64,000 nt of DNA from a bacterium (GTDB lineage: Bacteria; SAR324; NAC60-12). Numbering within the stretch: position 1 is the stretch's first letter; each line of letters starts with the position of its first letter. The position numbers were made by a program, and so were the translations under genes. The stretch lies in assembly GCA_965205865.1 (NCBI GenBank), contig CBDBHR010000028.1:384001-448000 (forward strand), read 5' to 3'. Positions 40,977 to 52,534 of this stretch are shown piece after piece. The notes beneath the pieces were generated by a model that saw only the letters and a program-made list of their open reading frames with translations, did no database searches and had not been told where the DNA came from.

Positions 40977-41480
40977 CTAAGAGGAGGAGGGTTCTAAATC
41001 GGACTGATTCTTCGTTTTTCCAAACATAGTGGATAGGATGAAAAAACAGATCCCGACGCTGATGAAACAATCTGCCAGATTATTCACGAAAAAACTGAAA
41101 TCATACCAACGGAAATGAAGAAAATCCGTCACTGAGCCAAAAATCGCCCGGTCAATCAAATTTCCCAACGCCCCCGGAATGATCAATACCAACGCCGTTT
41201 TCATGATACGGTCACTCTTTTTCCAATACCAAATCAGGTAATAGAGCATCCCCACCACCGCGATCGTCGAAATGGACAGCAGAAGTGGCAGGCGAACGGT
41301 TTCCGGCCAATCGGACATAAAACTGAAGCTCACGCCTTTGTTTTGTACCAGCGTCAATTCCAGAAAATTGGGCAGGATAGGGATCATGTGGTATGAATCG
41401 ACATGCTGGCGCACCCAAATTTTAGACCCTTGGTCCAGCAGCACCAGCAAACTGATTGCTAAGAACGCAATTCGCATCAA
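40977..41480 (-). CDS. lspA: lipoprotein signal peptidase II
   Basis: DQGSK, NKGVSFS, GALGNLIDR, VTDF, NLAD. Confidence 0.93.
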   Translation of the reverse strand: MMRIAFLAISLLVLLDQGSKIWVRQHVDSYHMIPILPNFLELTLVQNKGVSFSFMSDWPETVRLPLLLSISTIAVVGMLYYLIWYWKKSDRIMKTALVLIIPGALGNLIDRAIFGSVTDFLHFRWYDFSFFVNNLADCFISVGICFFILSTMFGKTKNQSDLEPSSS

Positions 41481-41516
41481 GCATTTATCAAGCGAAAGGT
41501 CATGAACATAATGGGA

Positions 41517-42794
41517 TTATTTGCTCTTTAAGAGGAGGTCTTCAATAGAAATATTTTTTTGTTGGCGGGTTTTCAAGTCTCGTAAGACCACTTCTCCATG
41601 CGCCAGTTCCTCAGGAAAAAGCAAGACAGCCTTGCTGACATTCATTGTATCAGCCCGTTGCAGAATTCGTTTGACTTTTTTCAGGCTGTAGTCACACTCC
41701 ACTCTTTTTCCTTGTCGCCGTAGTCGATTACTGATGTTGAGGGCCATGCCTTCTTCTTCTGCGGAAAATGGGATTACCATATAATCCACATTCCGGCTCA
41801 ATACCGGCAGGCGTTTCAGATCTGACAGCATATCTAAAATCGCAATATCTCCGAATCCAAAGCCCACGGCCGGAATCGTATCGCCTCCATAAGTAGAAAG
41901 CAAAGAATCGTAACGGCCTCCTCCGCAGATGGAGCGATGGGCTTTGTGAATATCCTTCACTTCAAAAATCACTCCCGTATAATAGGACAGTCCCCGAACA
42001 ATGGAGATATCAAATTTCAAGTATTCCCCAAAACCCGCCTGAGTCAGCATTTGCATCACCGTAATTAGGGATTGCAGCGCCCGGCTACCAGCCAACTTTT
42101 CTGCCAACTCATTGATCGTCGTGATTGCCAGAAATCCATTCAATCCATGGATTTGCGAATGAGTGAGTTGCTCTTTTTGCAGCAGTTCGGCAAATGCGTC
42201 TTGGGAAATTTTATCCCGTTTGTCCATTACGATCATCACTTTATCATGCAGGATTTCAGGGACATCCAGAAAAGTGAGAATTTCATTAAGAATTTGACGA
42301 TCGTTTAAGAAGAGACGAATATCTTGCGAAGTGAGTCCCAGATTCTGGCAGCCCATCAGGAGTAATGAAAGAATTTCCGCTTCTGCGGTCACGCTTGATT
42401 CTCCAACGACATCGGCATTCCATTGAAAATGTTCCCGTCTTCGTCCACGCATCATGCGTTCATAGCGAAAACATTGTGGAATGGAGAACCATTTCAACGG
42501 ATACGACAGGGCTCTTTGTTGTTGAAGAACCATCCGGGCCAGCGAGGGGGTCATTTCGGGGCGCAAACTCAGATGACGCCCTGCTTTGTCCTGGAAGGCA
42601 TAAATCTGCTCGGTTATTTCATCTCCCGCTTTGCGTGTGTAAAGCTCTGCGTGTTCCAGGATACAGGCGTCATATTCTTCGAATCCAAATTGTTGAGCAG
42701 TACCGCGCCACATGTCAAACAACCAATTTCGTAATCGCATCTCTTCCGGATAAAAGTCCCTGGTCCCTTTCACGCCTTGTACTTCAATTGCCAT
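41517..42794 (-). CDS. hisS: histidine--tRNA ligase
   Basis: KGTRDF, LRPEMT, RGLSYYTG, GGGRYD. Confidence 0.97.
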   Translation of the reverse strand: MAIEVQGVKGTRDFYPEEMRLRNWLFDMWRGTAQQFGFEEYDACILEHAELYTRKAGDEITEQIYAFQDKAGRHLSLRPEMTPSLARMVLQQQRALSYPLKWFSIPQCFRYERMMRGRRREHFQWNADVVGESSVTAEAEILSLLLMGCQNLGLTSQDIRLFLNDRQILNEILTFLDVPEILHDKVMIVMDKRDKISQDAFAELLQKEQLTHSQIHGLNGFLAITTINELAEKLAGSRALQSLITVMQMLTQAGFGEYLKFDISIVRGLSYYTGVIFEVKDIHKAHRSICGGGRYDSLLSTYGGDTIPAVGFGFGDIAILDMLSDLKRLPVLSRNVDYMVIPFSAEEEGMALNISNRLRRQGKRVECDYSLKKVKRILQRADTMNVSKAVLLFPEELAHGEVVLRDLKTRQQKNISIEDLLLKSK

Positions 42795-42844
42795 TTGCCG
42801 TCCTATTTAAATGATTTGTAAGCACTCGAGTCGAAGCGGGATGC

Positions 42845-43666
42845 TCACTTGGTCTGATGAGCGTTTTGTTCGAAGCACAAATAACGAATTTTTTTAAAAT
42901 CATTCCATGCCAACGCCATTGCTGAAGAATTACGCAAGAGGTAAGCAGGATGGAATGTTGGTAACACGCTCCACTGTTGATAGGAATAGAGTTGTCCGCG
43001 AGATTCGGTTATCCCCGGCGCGTTGGGGGCTAAAACCCGGGTGGGGACATTGCCCAGCGTGACGATCAGGCGGGGATCGATCAATTCAATTTGACGCTGC
43101 AAAATTGGAAAACATTTTGCGATTTCTTCGGGTTGGGGATTCCGATTGCCAGGAGGGCGGCATTTGACGACGTTGGCAATATAGACATCAGGACGGTCAA
43201 TCCCAATGGATTGGATCATGGTGGTGAGCAGTTTGCCGGCCCTGCCAACAAAAGGCTCACCCAGCCGGTCTTCCTCCGCACCAGGAGCTTCTCCGATGAA
43301 AAGCAGCACTGTATGGCGATGACCCACTCCAAAAACAAAATTGGTGCGGCCGGCACCCAAGGGACAACGTTGACAGGTACAGTATTGCTGCTCTAAGTTT
43401 TCCAGAGAATCGAACCCGGGAATCGACGTCGGAGAATGAGTTTCAGAAGAGGGACGGTCTCGATTCCTCTTCCGTAGAGGATCATCACTCAGTTTAGCAA
43501 TGGAGGAATTATTCTCTGGCACTATGCCCATCATGGCTTGCAATCCCAGGGTCAGTTTACGAGATTCTTCCGTGGCAAGGGGTGCCAAATTCAAACGCTT
43601 GTATTTTTGCTGTCGAAACCACTCCAACTGATTTTCCAAGCGCCTCAAGAGTGTCTTGGTTTCCAT
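42845..43666 (-). CDS. uracil-DNA glycosylase family 4
   Basis: [31 protein letters not shown]. Confidence 0.93.
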   Translation of the reverse strand: METKTLLRRLENQLEWFRQQKYKRLNLAPLATEESRKLTLGLQAMMGIVPENNSSIAKLSDDPLRKRNRDRPSSETHSPTSIPGFDSLENLEQQYCTCQRCPLGAGRTNFVFGVGHRHTVLLFIGEAPGAEEDRLGEPFVGRAGKLLTTMIQSIGIDRPDVYIANVVKCRPPGNRNPQPEEIAKCFPILQRQIELIDPRLIVTLGNVPTRVLAPNAPGITESRGQLYSYQQWSVLPTFHPAYLLRNSSAMALAWNDFKKIRYLCFEQNAHQTK

Positions 43667-43683
43667 GGCAGTCGCATCAAAAA

Positions 43684-45024
43684 TTACAAAATATAACGCG
43701 TCAGGTCCTGATCTTTCAACAATTCCGAGAGACGATCCTGGATATATTCGGGAGTCACGGTGATCTCTTGTCCCTGCATTTGTGGAGCCTCAAAACTGAC
43801 TTCCTCCAACAATTGTTCCATGATTGTGTGCAAACGGCGGGCTCCGATATTTTCTGCCTGTTCATTCACTTCACAGGCAATCCTGGCGATTTCCTCAATG
43901 GCTTCATCAGTGAAATTCAAAATCACTTTTTCAGTGGCAAGCAATTCGGTGTATTGCACAATGAGAGCGTTTTTTGGTTCAGTGAGAATACGGATGAAAT
44001 CTGCTTTGCTCAAAGATTTCAGTTCCACACGAATAGGAAAACGTCCCTGCAATTCCGGGATGAGATCCGACGGTTTGGCGGCATGAAATGCACCGGCTGC
44101 GATGAACAAGATATGGTCCGTTTGCACGGGACCATATTTGGTATTGATGGTCGAACCTTCGACAATCGGCAATAAATCGCGCTGGACGCCTTCCCTGGAA
44201 ACATCCGGCCCCTGGGCCGAACTGCGCGTGGCAATTTTATCTATTTCATCCAGAAAAACGATTCCCGTTTGCTCTACGCGAAGGATAGCCTCGCGTGAGA
44301 CTTCCTCCATGTCGAGCAACTTGTGTATTTCCTCTTGCTCGAGAATACTCCGCGCGTCCCCGATTTTAACTTTTCGACGTTTACTGCGCTTGGGCATCAT
44401 ATTGGAGAGCATATCCCGAATATTCATATCCAGATTGTCATTGAGAGAAATGGGCATCATTTCGATAAATGATCCGGATCCCTTTTCAGGAACATCTAGT
44501 TCGACAGGCTTGTCATCGAGCTTGCCATTGCGCAATTTTTGGCGAAATTTTTCTTTGGTCGAATTATTTTCTTCAGATTCGCGGGGGTTCGTTGAAGGAA
44601 CGAGTAAATCGAGGATTCGTTCTTCAGCCTGCGCCTGTGCCTGGGTTTGAATTCTTCTGGTATGTTCATGGCGGACCATGTTGACAGCCATTTCTGCAAG
44701 ATCCCGGATGATCGACTCCACATCGCGTCCGACATATCCAACTTCGGTGAATTTAGAGGCTTCTATTTTGGTGAACGGAGCATTGACCAGACGTGCCATC
44801 CTCCTGGCAATTTCTGTTTTTCCCACCCCTGTTGGTCCGATCATAACAATGTTTTTTGGCAAAATTTCATCCCGCAGTTCTTCACGGACTTGAAGCCGAC
44901 GCCATCGATTACGCAAGGCAATTGCCACCGCCTTTTTTGCAGCTTCCTGGCCAACAATGTATTTGTCCAATTCTTCTGCAATTTCCCGGGGCGTTTGATT
45001 CTGATGCGAAAGAGTGTTTTCCAT
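43684..45024 (-). CDS. hslU: ATP-dependent protease ATPase subunit HslU
   Basis: [23 protein letters not shown]. Confidence 0.98.
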   Translation of the reverse strand: MENTLSHQNQTPREIAEELDKYIVGQEAAKKAVAIALRNRWRRLQVREELRDEILPKNIVMIGPTGVGKTEIARRMARLVNAPFTKIEASKFTEVGYVGRDVESIIRDLAEMAVNMVRHEHTRRIQTQAQAQAEERILDLLVPSTNPRESEENNSTKEKFRQKLRNGKLDDKPVELDVPEKGSGSFIEMMPISLNDNLDMNIRDMLSNMMPKRSKRRKVKIGDARSILEQEEIHKLLDMEEVSREAILRVEQTGIVFLDEIDKIATRSSAQGPDVSREGVQRDLLPIVEGSTINTKYGPVQTDHILFIAAGAFHAAKPSDLIPELQGRFPIRVELKSLSKADFIRILTEPKNALIVQYTELLATEKVILNFTDEAIEEIARIACEVNEQAENIGARRLHTIMEQLLEEVSFEAPQMQGQEITVTPEYIQDRLSELLKDQDLTRYIL

Positions 45025-45042
45025 GAATGCTTTCGATATATT

Positions 45043-45564
45043 TTAGTAATTGAGTTCTTCAAAAGAGAACTGCTGGTTGGTATAGAGGCAAATGTCACCG
45101 GCAATTCGCATGGCTTTTTCCGCAATGATTTTTGCCGGCAAGTCACTGTCCAACAATGCGCGTGCGGCCGCCAGGGCATACGGGCCACCTGCACCAATGG
45201 CTATAACTCCATCATCCGGTTCTATCACGTCTCCATTCCCGGAAATTATAAGCGCCGCTTCTTTGCTGGCAACTGCCAACAAGGCTTCCAGGTTTCTCAA
45301 CATTTTGTTTGTTCGCCATTCTTTAGCCAATTCTACAGCAGCTCGCACGATCTGTCCGCTGTATTGTTCCAGTTTTTCATCAAACTTCTCAAACAAGGCA
45401 AACGCATCCGCCGTAGAGCCGGCAAAGCCGGCAAGTACTCTACCATCGTAAGTAGTTCGAATTTTGGTTGCAGTGGATTTCATCACTGTGTTGCCCATGG
45501 TCACCTGGCCGTCTCCGGCCATAACCACGGAATTGTCTTTTCTGATACAAAGGATGGTGGTCAT
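45043..45564 (-). CDS. hslV: ATP-dependent protease subunit HslV
   Basis: [19 protein letters not shown]. Confidence 0.97.
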   Translation of the reverse strand: MTTILCIRKDNSVVMAGDGQVTMGNTVMKSTATKIRTTYDGRVLAGFAGSTADAFALFEKFDEKLEQYSGQIVRAAVELAKEWRTNKMLRNLEALLAVASKEAALIISGNGDVIEPDDGVIAIGAGGPYALAAARALLDSDLPAKIIAEKAMRIAGDICLYTNQQFSFEELNY

Positions 45565-45599
45565 GGTAATAACGTTTGGATCAAAATTCGGGTTTCAGT

Positions 45600-46805
45600 C
45601 TATCTATGCGTTTTTTGCTGTTTCCAATAAGATTCTTCAACAACGCTAAAAATATGATTAAGGGAAATTCCATGCGCAACGGCAATTTTTCGACAGTCCT
45701 CAAATTCCGGGCTGAATCGGGACTGCTCTTCGAAGACGGATTGCTTCCCTCGGACCTTGCCCCAGGGGGTTTGCACTTCCACGATAGCGCGTTTCAGGAA
45801 AGTGCGGTGAAAATTTCGGTATCTTATCCCTAAGGATGTTGTTTCCTGGAAAACCAAGCGGTGTAATTGCCAACGTTTTTCTGGCGCATGTAAGATTTGT
45901 AGCAACACTCCCGGACGATTTTTTTTCATTTGAATCGGAATGAACCACACGTCCAGTGCCCCTGCGGCCATCAATTGTTCGTGCACAAATCCTAAACATT
46001 CAGGGGTACAATCGTCTATGTTGGTCTCGGAGCATTCCACCAATTCAAAGAGTAAGCTATCCTCAGAAACCCGAGATTCCTTTTGAAAGCCGAGAATGCA
46101 ACGAATGATATTGGGAACTTCACTCCGGTCCTGACTTCCCGTTCCAATCCCGATACGATCGACCCTGTACCGTAATGCGTCAGATTGTGGTTCTGCCAGA
46201 GCGGCCAATATGGCTGCTCCTGTCGGGGTGGTACGCTCAAAAGGAAGTGTATCCTGTATAATATCAAACCCATGTAGCAATTCTAAGGTGGCTGGGGCTG
46301 GAATCGGCATCATCCCATGCGCTGTTTTAACAAACCCTGCGCCCAGTGGAATCGAAGACACATAAATACCAGCTATTTCTAAATAGTCCAGACATAAGGC
46401 CACACAGACAATATCTGCAATCGAATCCCAGGCGCCGACTTCATGAAAATGTACGTCCTCCGGGAGCTTATTGTGAATTTTTCCTTCGACAAGGGCCAGC
46501 TGCTTAAAAATCTTAAGCGCTAATTCCTTCACATGGAAGGAGAGAGACGAATTTCCAATCAATTGCCGGATTGTTTGAAAAGATCGATGGGGATGGGCGT
46601 CCCCCGTCAGACTTTCTACATGAAAATGCGTGCCCGAGATTTCATGCCGTTTTGTTTTTTGGCGAGAAAGTCGCAATGGTAGACTTTCCAATTGGCTCAT
46701 TCCCTCCTCGAGAAGGGCAAAAGGGACTCCCAAATCCAAGAGTCCTCCTACCACCATATCTCCCGCAATTCCACCAATGACATTTAAATGTAAGATTCTA
46801 CGCAT
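45600..46805 (-). CDS. larC: nickel pincer cofactor biosynthesis protein LarC
   Basis: GIAGDM, HFHEVG, PAPAT, TPTGAA, MKKNRPG; likely start 46805. Confidence 0.9.
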   Translation of the reverse strand: MRRILHLNVIGGIAGDMVVGGLLDLGVPFALLEEGMSQLESLPLRLSRQKTKRHEISGTHFHVESLTGDAHPHRSFQTIRQLIGNSSLSFHVKELALKIFKQLALVEGKIHNKLPEDVHFHEVGAWDSIADIVCVALCLDYLEIAGIYVSSIPLGAGFVKTAHGMMPIPAPATLELLHGFDIIQDTLPFERTTPTGAAILAALAEPQSDALRYRVDRIGIGTGSQDRSEVPNIIRCILGFQKESRVSEDSLLFELVECSETNIDDCTPECLGFVHEQLMAAGALDVWFIPIQMKKNRPGVLLQILHAPEKRWQLHRLVFQETTSLGIRYRNFHRTFLKRAIVEVQTPWGKVRGKQSVFEEQSRFSPEFEDCRKIAVAHGISLNHIFSVVEESYWKQQKTHR

Positions 46806-47217
46806 AGTCGTTTCCTGATTTTTCATAGGCAGCATCATATGTTGGATCCACAAAACTTTCCAGTATTTCGCAGGAATTGCAAAATGAAAAACCTGTTATT
46901 GAAAAACATACCAAAAAGTACGTCACTTCAATTACTGACAACTTTTTCTATTGTAAAAAAGCTTGAGGATGACGTAGAATTGAAGAATGATATATTTAAC
47001 ATATTCAGGGAAGTAGGGGAGTATAATACACAAAATATTGATTTTATTGAGGAAATTTCAAATTTTATTAAATTGGATAATCTGAATTGACAGAAAATAC
47101 GAAAATTTCAAAACAGGAATTCAATGGTATCGGTGTGAGTTAGTCTTGACTCGCTGGTTCCGACGTAGTATTTGGCACAGTATAATGACTCTACTAAATC
47201 AGCAGGGATGCTGATGT

Positions 47218-48621
47218 ATGGAGGAAGTATCAAACTCACTTTTGTTTAGAAAGCGAGACCGTATGAATAAATTTTCGATCATTTTCATAAAAGATTCTCA
47301 TGCCTCCGTACGGCAGTACTCAATGAGTTATCGACTCTTTTTTGTGTGTGGGTTTTTGTTCATTAGTTCTGTTATTGCTTTGGGGTCGCTTTATTATTCC
47401 CAGCATCAAAAAATCGTTGCCCAACAATATCGACTGGAGAAGAATGAGACGCTGCAAGCAAACATGCAAAAAGAAATAGGGGGTTTTGCTGAAAAAGAAA
47501 AACGCCTCAAATTTTTAGAATCTTATTTGGAGGAATTGAAATGGACAGCGTATAAAAGCGAAAATTCCTTAAAAAAGTACGTTGCCCAATACAAAACGAG
47601 TATCAACAAATTGACGGGTCTTCACCGCTACATTTGTCAGACTATGGAGACAGATTGCGTGGTTAATATTGATAATCCGCAGCGAGTTCCTACCTGGACG
47701 GAGGCCGATCAAGTGAGTGCCTGGATGGAAAAGGCTCAAACCAATTTTGAAACGCTTGCTAAGACGGTGGCGGACTTCAATGAAAAAAAGATCACTATTG
47801 AAGATCAGGAAAAAACGATTTCCCGCTTGGAACTGCGGATCTCCCAAATTGAAGCACAAATGAAGAGACATTTGCAATTGTTGAAGGATAAGGAAATAGC
47901 CATTGGACATTTCTCCAGCAGGATTCATGAAGTCACGGGAATTAAAATCGACTTGGCAGAACAATTCATGCCCAAAACTGACAATTTCGAGAATGAGAAA
48001 GGGCGAGGTGGCCCCAGCGTATCCGATCATGCGGTTGATTTCGCCGATTTTAGCGAATTCAGTTACTTGCAAAGATATCTTGAAGAAACAGCGCAATATT
48101 ATGAAAATATTGTCAAGTCGATTGACAAATTGAGCAAGTCGATTGACCAAGACAGCCGGCTTTGGCAAAATACTCCTACCATTCGCCCCGTCAAAACACG
48201 TTCAATATCAGATCGATTTGGAAGACGGGTACATCCCGTAACTCGCAAACCTGATTATCATCGAGGAGTCGATTTCCCGGCAAAAACCGGGACTTCGGTT
48301 TATACGCCTGCAGACGGAGTCGTCACCAGGGCGGCTCGCTGGGGTGGGTGTGGCCGTTTTATTGAAATCCAACATGGGCTGGGGTTTTACAAGAACAAAC
48401 GTAAGAAAGTGTATTTCACGACTCGATACTGTCATCTGCACCGCATCAAAGTTAAAAAAGGCCAGAGAGTAAAACGCGGCCAGATAATTGGGCTTGTGGG
48501 AAATACTGGCATAAGTACGGGCCCACATCTTCACTATGAGATCATACTCAATAAAAACGATAAGAAATACGTTGATCCTCTCAATCTCATTTACCATTTT
48601 GAATCCCATCTGAAAAACTAA
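47218..48621 (+). CDS. M23 metallopeptidase with TM segment and coiled coil
   Basis: HRGVD, STGPHLHYE. Confidence 0.9.
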   Translation: MEEVSNSLLFRKRDRMNKFSIIFIKDSHASVRQYSMSYRLFFVCGFLFISSVIALGSLYYSQHQKIVAQQYRLEKNETLQANMQKEIGGFAEKEKRLKFLESYLEELKWTAYKSENSLKKYVAQYKTSINKLTGLHRYICQTMETDCVVNIDNPQRVPTWTEADQVSAWMEKAQTNFETLAKTVADFNEKKITIEDQEKTISRLELRISQIEAQMKRHLQLLKDKEIAIGHFSSRIHEVTGIKIDLAEQFMPKTDNFENEKGRGGPSVSDHAVDFADFSEFSYLQRYLEETAQYYENIVKSIDKLSKSIDQDSRLWQNTPTIRPVKTRSISDRFGRRVHPVTRKPDYHRGVDFPAKTGTSVYTPADGVVTRAARWGGCGRFIEIQHGLGFYKNKRKKVYFTTRYCHLHRIKVKKGQRVKRGQIIGLVGNTGISTGPHLHYEIILNKNDKKYVDPLNLIYHFESHLKN

Positions 48622-48665
48622 TCAAACCCACTAAAGCTCCGACTCACGTTGGAGTAGAATGCAGC

Positions 48666-49835
48666 ATGGAACGCTATCAAATTCGTGGGGTTTCGGCAAA
48701 TAAAGCAGACATCCATCAAGCTATTCTGCATGTTGACAAAGGGATTTTTCCTTTGGCCTTTTGTAAGGTGGTCGCAGATCATTTAGGAGGCGATCCTGCC
48801 TACTGCAATATCATGCATGCTGACGGCGCAGGTAGTAAAGCCTCTTTGGCTTATCTCTACTATAGGGAAACAGGAGACCTATCTGTTTTTGAAGGAATCG
48901 CGCGGGACACGACTGTGATGAACGTAGACGATCTGCTTTGTGTCGGTGTTTATGATCATCTGCTGCTATCGAGTACCATTGGACGGCATGCGAAAAGAAT
49001 TCCCAGCGCAATCATCAAAGCTGTCATCGAAGGGCACGAAAAGGTTGCGACACACTTTACCGCCCTTGGTATTTCTCTGGTCACCACCGGAGGAGAAACT
49101 GCCGATTTGGGGGATTTGGTGCGAACCTTGGTTGTTGATTCTACCATCACCGCCCGTTGGCCCCGCAACCGAATCCTGACAAATGAGCGAATCCAGCCTG
49201 GAGATATCATCATTGGCTTGTCCAGCTTCGGACAAACATCCTATGAAACTCAATACAACAGCGGCATTGGCAGCAATGGCCTCACTTCTGCGCGGCACGA
49301 TTTACTCCATCGAGATTATGGCGAACGATTTCCTGAAAGCTATGATCCTGAAATGTCTCCGGAGATGGCCTATGCCGGACCTTATCGCCTCAATGATTCC
49401 CTGGAAGGCACCCCCTTGACCATCGGACAAGCCCTGCTCTCCCCTGCCCGGACTTATGCGCCGGTACTCAAGGACCTACTGGAAACACATTTTCACAAAG
49501 TTTCCGGTGTGATCCACTGTACGGGAGGCGGACAGACCAAATGCTTGAAGTTCGGACAGGGAATCCACTATATCAAAGACCGGCTTTTTCCAATCCCGCC
49601 ATTGTTTCAGTACTATCCAACGGGTGTCCCAAACGTCTTGGCAAGAAATGTACGAGTGTGTTCAATATGGGACATCGCATGGAGATTTTAGGACCGCCTG
49701 ATTTGTTACCGGTGAGCAAAATCCATTGGAGAAAAATATAACCTCGCCGTTAGGCAGGTTGGCATTTGTGAAGCAAGCTCGGCAAACAACAGGTTGCAAA
49801 TAGTTTCAGAAGTTGGAAGCTTTGACTTTGAATAG
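48666..49835 (+). CDS. purM: AIR synthase (PurM), with three +1 frameshifts near the 3' end
   Basis: HADGAG, GGETAD, HCTGGGQTK; the C-terminus (TIQRVSQTSWQEMYE / VFNMGHRME / KSIGEKYN...GSFDFE*) is split over three frames. Confidence 0.85.
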
Positions 49836-49908
49836 TCACCAAGGTCTGATTTCGAGAAAATAGATGGTAGAAATCAAGGCGTAATTTCAATTCCACATCG
49901 ATAATTAA

Positions 49909-50066
49909 GGAATGAAATTTAAATAAGTTAGAAGTATGGATACGCAAAATTAGGGTACAGGTAACAGCAGGCATAAAACAGTAGAGTTGGGATGCGCAGC
50001 GGTGTACCTGTCCCCCAATTTTGCTCACACAATTGGAATAATTACAGGTTATTTAAGGTTTGTTCC
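49909..50066. mobile_element. MITE family 2, copy B (158 bp, TAA target duplication)
   Basis: same TIRs and internal ggg.acagg...tgtccccc hairpin as 40659-40809. Confidence 0.8.
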
Positions 50067-50084
50067 TAAGTCCCGACTACTAAA

Positions 50085-50870
50085 ATGGACATAAATGATC
50101 ATTCCGGAGCGCCTTTGATGAGGGTCTCCAACGTGACTGTGAAATTTGGGGGAATTACAGCACTGCAGCGAGTTTCTTTTGACGTCCGGCAGGGAATCAT
50201 TTTTGGACTGATTGGTCCCAATGGTGCGGGAAAGACGACCCTCTTCAATTGCATGAGCCGCCTTTATGATACCAGCGAAGGAGATATTATATTTGAAGGG
50301 AGATCCATTTTAGGACTCCCCACCTATAAGGCGTGTACCGTCGGGATTGGGCGTACATTTCAAAACCTGGCCTTGTTCAAGACCATGAGTGTAATGGACA
50401 ATGTGTTGGTAGGCGGGCACCATCACACCAGGAGTGACTACGTCAGCAATGCGCTCAAGCTTCCATGGGCCTGCCGGGAAGACCGTCTGTTGCGTGAGGA
50501 AACCTTGGAACTGCTCCAGTACTTGGATCTGAGCGAGCAGGCCCATACTCCGGTTTTGACTTTGCCCTTTGGCACGCAAAAGCGTGTCGAACTGGCCCGT
50601 GCACTGGCGACCCGCCCCAAACTATTGCTACTGGATGAACCAGCTGGCGGTCTGAATCATGATGAGATCAACCATTTGATTGGCCTGATTCTCAAAATTC
50701 GGAAAGAAAAAAATCTCACCATTTTAATTGTAGAGCATCACATGCGCCTCGTCATGCGGGTCTCAGAACAAGTTGCAGTGCTCAATTTTGGTCAAAAAAT
50801 AGCGGATGGTTCCCCGGAAGCCATTCAAAAGGACCCGGCAGTCATTGCCGCCTATCTCGGCAAAGGATAA
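50085..50870 (+). CDS. branched-chain amino acid-type ABC ATPase (LivG-like)
   Basis: GPNGAGKTT, LLDEPAGG, VIAAYLG. Confidence 0.92.
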   Translation: MDINDHSGAPLMRVSNVTVKFGGITALQRVSFDVRQGIIFGLIGPNGAGKTTLFNCMSRLYDTSEGDIIFEGRSILGLPTYKACTVGIGRTFQNLALFKTMSVMDNVLVGGHHHTRSDYVSNALKLPWACREDRLLREETLELLQYLDLSEQAHTPVLTLPFGTQKRVELARALATRPKLLLLDEPAGGLNHDEINHLIGLILKIRKEKNLTILIVEHHMRLVMRVSEQVAVLNFGQKIADGSPEAIQKDPAVIAAYLGKG

Positions 50871-50872
50871 TC

Positions 50873-51586
50873 ATGGCTGCTTTGCTGGAGGTGAAGAGGT
50901 TAGTAGCCTTTTATGGGGAGACCAAAGTCTTGCACGGGGTTGATTTTTCTTTGCAGCCTGAAAATATTACAACCCTCCTGGGTGCCAATGGTGCGGGAAA
51001 AACCACCACTTTGCGTGCCATCTGCGGGATGGTTGAGACCAAAGGGGAGATCATTTTCGATGGTGTTTCACTCCTGGGGAAAGCCACCGAAAACATCGTT
51101 CGCCATCGTATTGCCCATGTTGCGGAAGGTCGAGAAACTTTTGAACGATTGACCACGGCGGAAAATCTGCGGCTTGGGGCGATCACTCGTAAAGGCAGTT
51201 CTGAGATCGAAGAAGACATCGAACGCATGTATGGCTATTTTCCAGTCCTCAAAAAGCGTCACAATCAGCAAGCCGGCACTTTGAGCGGAGGAGAACAACA
51301 GATGTTGGCGATTGCACGGGCCTTAATGCTCCGTCCCCGCCTTTTGCTTTTAGACGAGCCTTCCTTTGGATTGGCGCCCATGCTGGTGAAAGCCGTATTT
51401 GAAAATCTCCGTCAAGTCAATGAAACGGAACAGGTCTGTATGCTGATTGTCGAACAGAACGCGACACTGGCACTGGAACTGGCAAGTCATGCTTATTTGC
51501 TGGAAACTGGTAAAGTGGTGATTTCAGGAACTGCCGAGGAAATCAAAAACGACCAGTCGATACGCCGTTCTTATTTGGGATATTGA
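50873..51586 (+). CDS. branched-chain amino acid-type ABC ATPase (LivF-like)
   Basis: GANGAGKTT, LSGGEQQML. Confidence 0.92.
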   Translation: MAALLEVKRLVAFYGETKVLHGVDFSLQPENITTLLGANGAGKTTTLRAICGMVETKGEIIFDGVSLLGKATENIVRHRIAHVAEGRETFERLTTAENLRLGAITRKGSSEIEEDIERMYGYFPVLKKRHNQQAGTLSGGEQQMLAIARALMLRPRLLLLDEPSFGLAPMLVKAVFENLRQVNETEQVCMLIVEQNATLALELASHAYLLETGKVVISGTAEEIKNDQSIRRSYLGY

Positions 51587-51594
51587 GCGCCCGG

Positions 51595-51646
51595 TTCTCC
51601 CCTCCCCTTGAGGGAGGGGTCGGGGGTCAGGTGTCGCGGGGAGGGG
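51595..51646. repeat. REP-like GC-rich hairpin, copy 2
   Basis: first 25 nt identical to the copy at 2889. Confidence 0.75.
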
Positions 51647-51649
51647 TAA

Positions 51650-52525
51650 ATGGAACTTTTTCTACAGCAAGTATTGGCAGGTCTGGCCAACGGGGCGATT
51701 TATGCCAGTCTCGGACTAGCCATTGTAATGATTTATCAAGCCATCGATCATATCAATTTTGCCCAGGGCGAAATGGCAATGTTCAGCACTTATATTGCCT
51801 GGTCTTTGATTGTCGACTACGGCGTCCCTTATTGGCTTTCTTTTTTTATAACTCTCTTGATTTCCTTCATTGGAGGAATGGTCATCGAACGCTTGGTGTT
51901 TGCTCCACTGCGCAAAGCCCCTTTTTTGAGTCATCTGATTGTTTTTCTGGGATTGTTTGCCATCTTCAACAGTTTGGCCGGAGAGATTTGGGACCATAGC
52001 ATTCGGAGTTTTCCCAGTCCATTTCCCGACTATTCATTTCGTGGGTTGATCGGCGGTCACCAAATTGGCACAGTGGCGATCGTGCTTGTGCTATTGGGGG
52101 TGATCTACGGTTTTTTTCGTTTCACGAGAATCGGCCTTGCTATGCGTGCTGCCGCATCGAATGCGGGAGCGGCCCGCTTGGTTGGGATCAAAGTGGCTTG
52201 GATGATGGGCCTGGGATGGGGATTGGCGGCTGCGTTAGGCAGTGTTTCAGGTATGTTGGTGGCTCCAATGATTTTTCTGGATCCGAATATGATGGGAGGG
52301 ATCCTGATCTATAGTTTTGCGGCAACATTGATTGGGGGAATCAACAACCCGATAGGAGCAGTCAGTGGTGGATTCTTGTTTGGCGTCTTGGAAAATCTGG
52401 TCGGAACCTATGTCGATCTTATCGGCAGTGAATTGAAGCTGACTTTCGCCCTGCTCGTGATCACGCTGGTGTTGTTGTTCAAACCCAATGGTCTTTTTGG
52501 ACGCAAGATCATTACAAGAGTCTGA
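51650..52525 (+). CDS. LivH-like permease
   Basis: INFAQGE, KPNGLFG. Confidence 0.9.
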   Translation: MELFLQQVLAGLANGAIYASLGLAIVMIYQAIDHINFAQGEMAMFSTYIAWSLIVDYGVPYWLSFFITLLISFIGGMVIERLVFAPLRKAPFLSHLIVFLGLFAIFNSLAGEIWDHSIRSFPSPFPDYSFRGLIGGHQIGTVAIVLVLLGVIYGFFRFTRIGLAMRAAASNAGAARLVGIKVAWMMGLGWGLAAALGSVSGMLVAPMIFLDPNMMGGILIYSFAATLIGGINNPIGAVSGGFLFGVLENLVGTYVDLIGSELKLTFALLVITLVLLFKPNGLFGRKIITRV

Positions 52526-52534
52526 TCATGGCAA

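Noticed and set aside
46839-47090. 83-aa AT-rich ORF between larC and the M23 gene
   Set aside because: No motif or clear RBS; more likely a divergent promoter region
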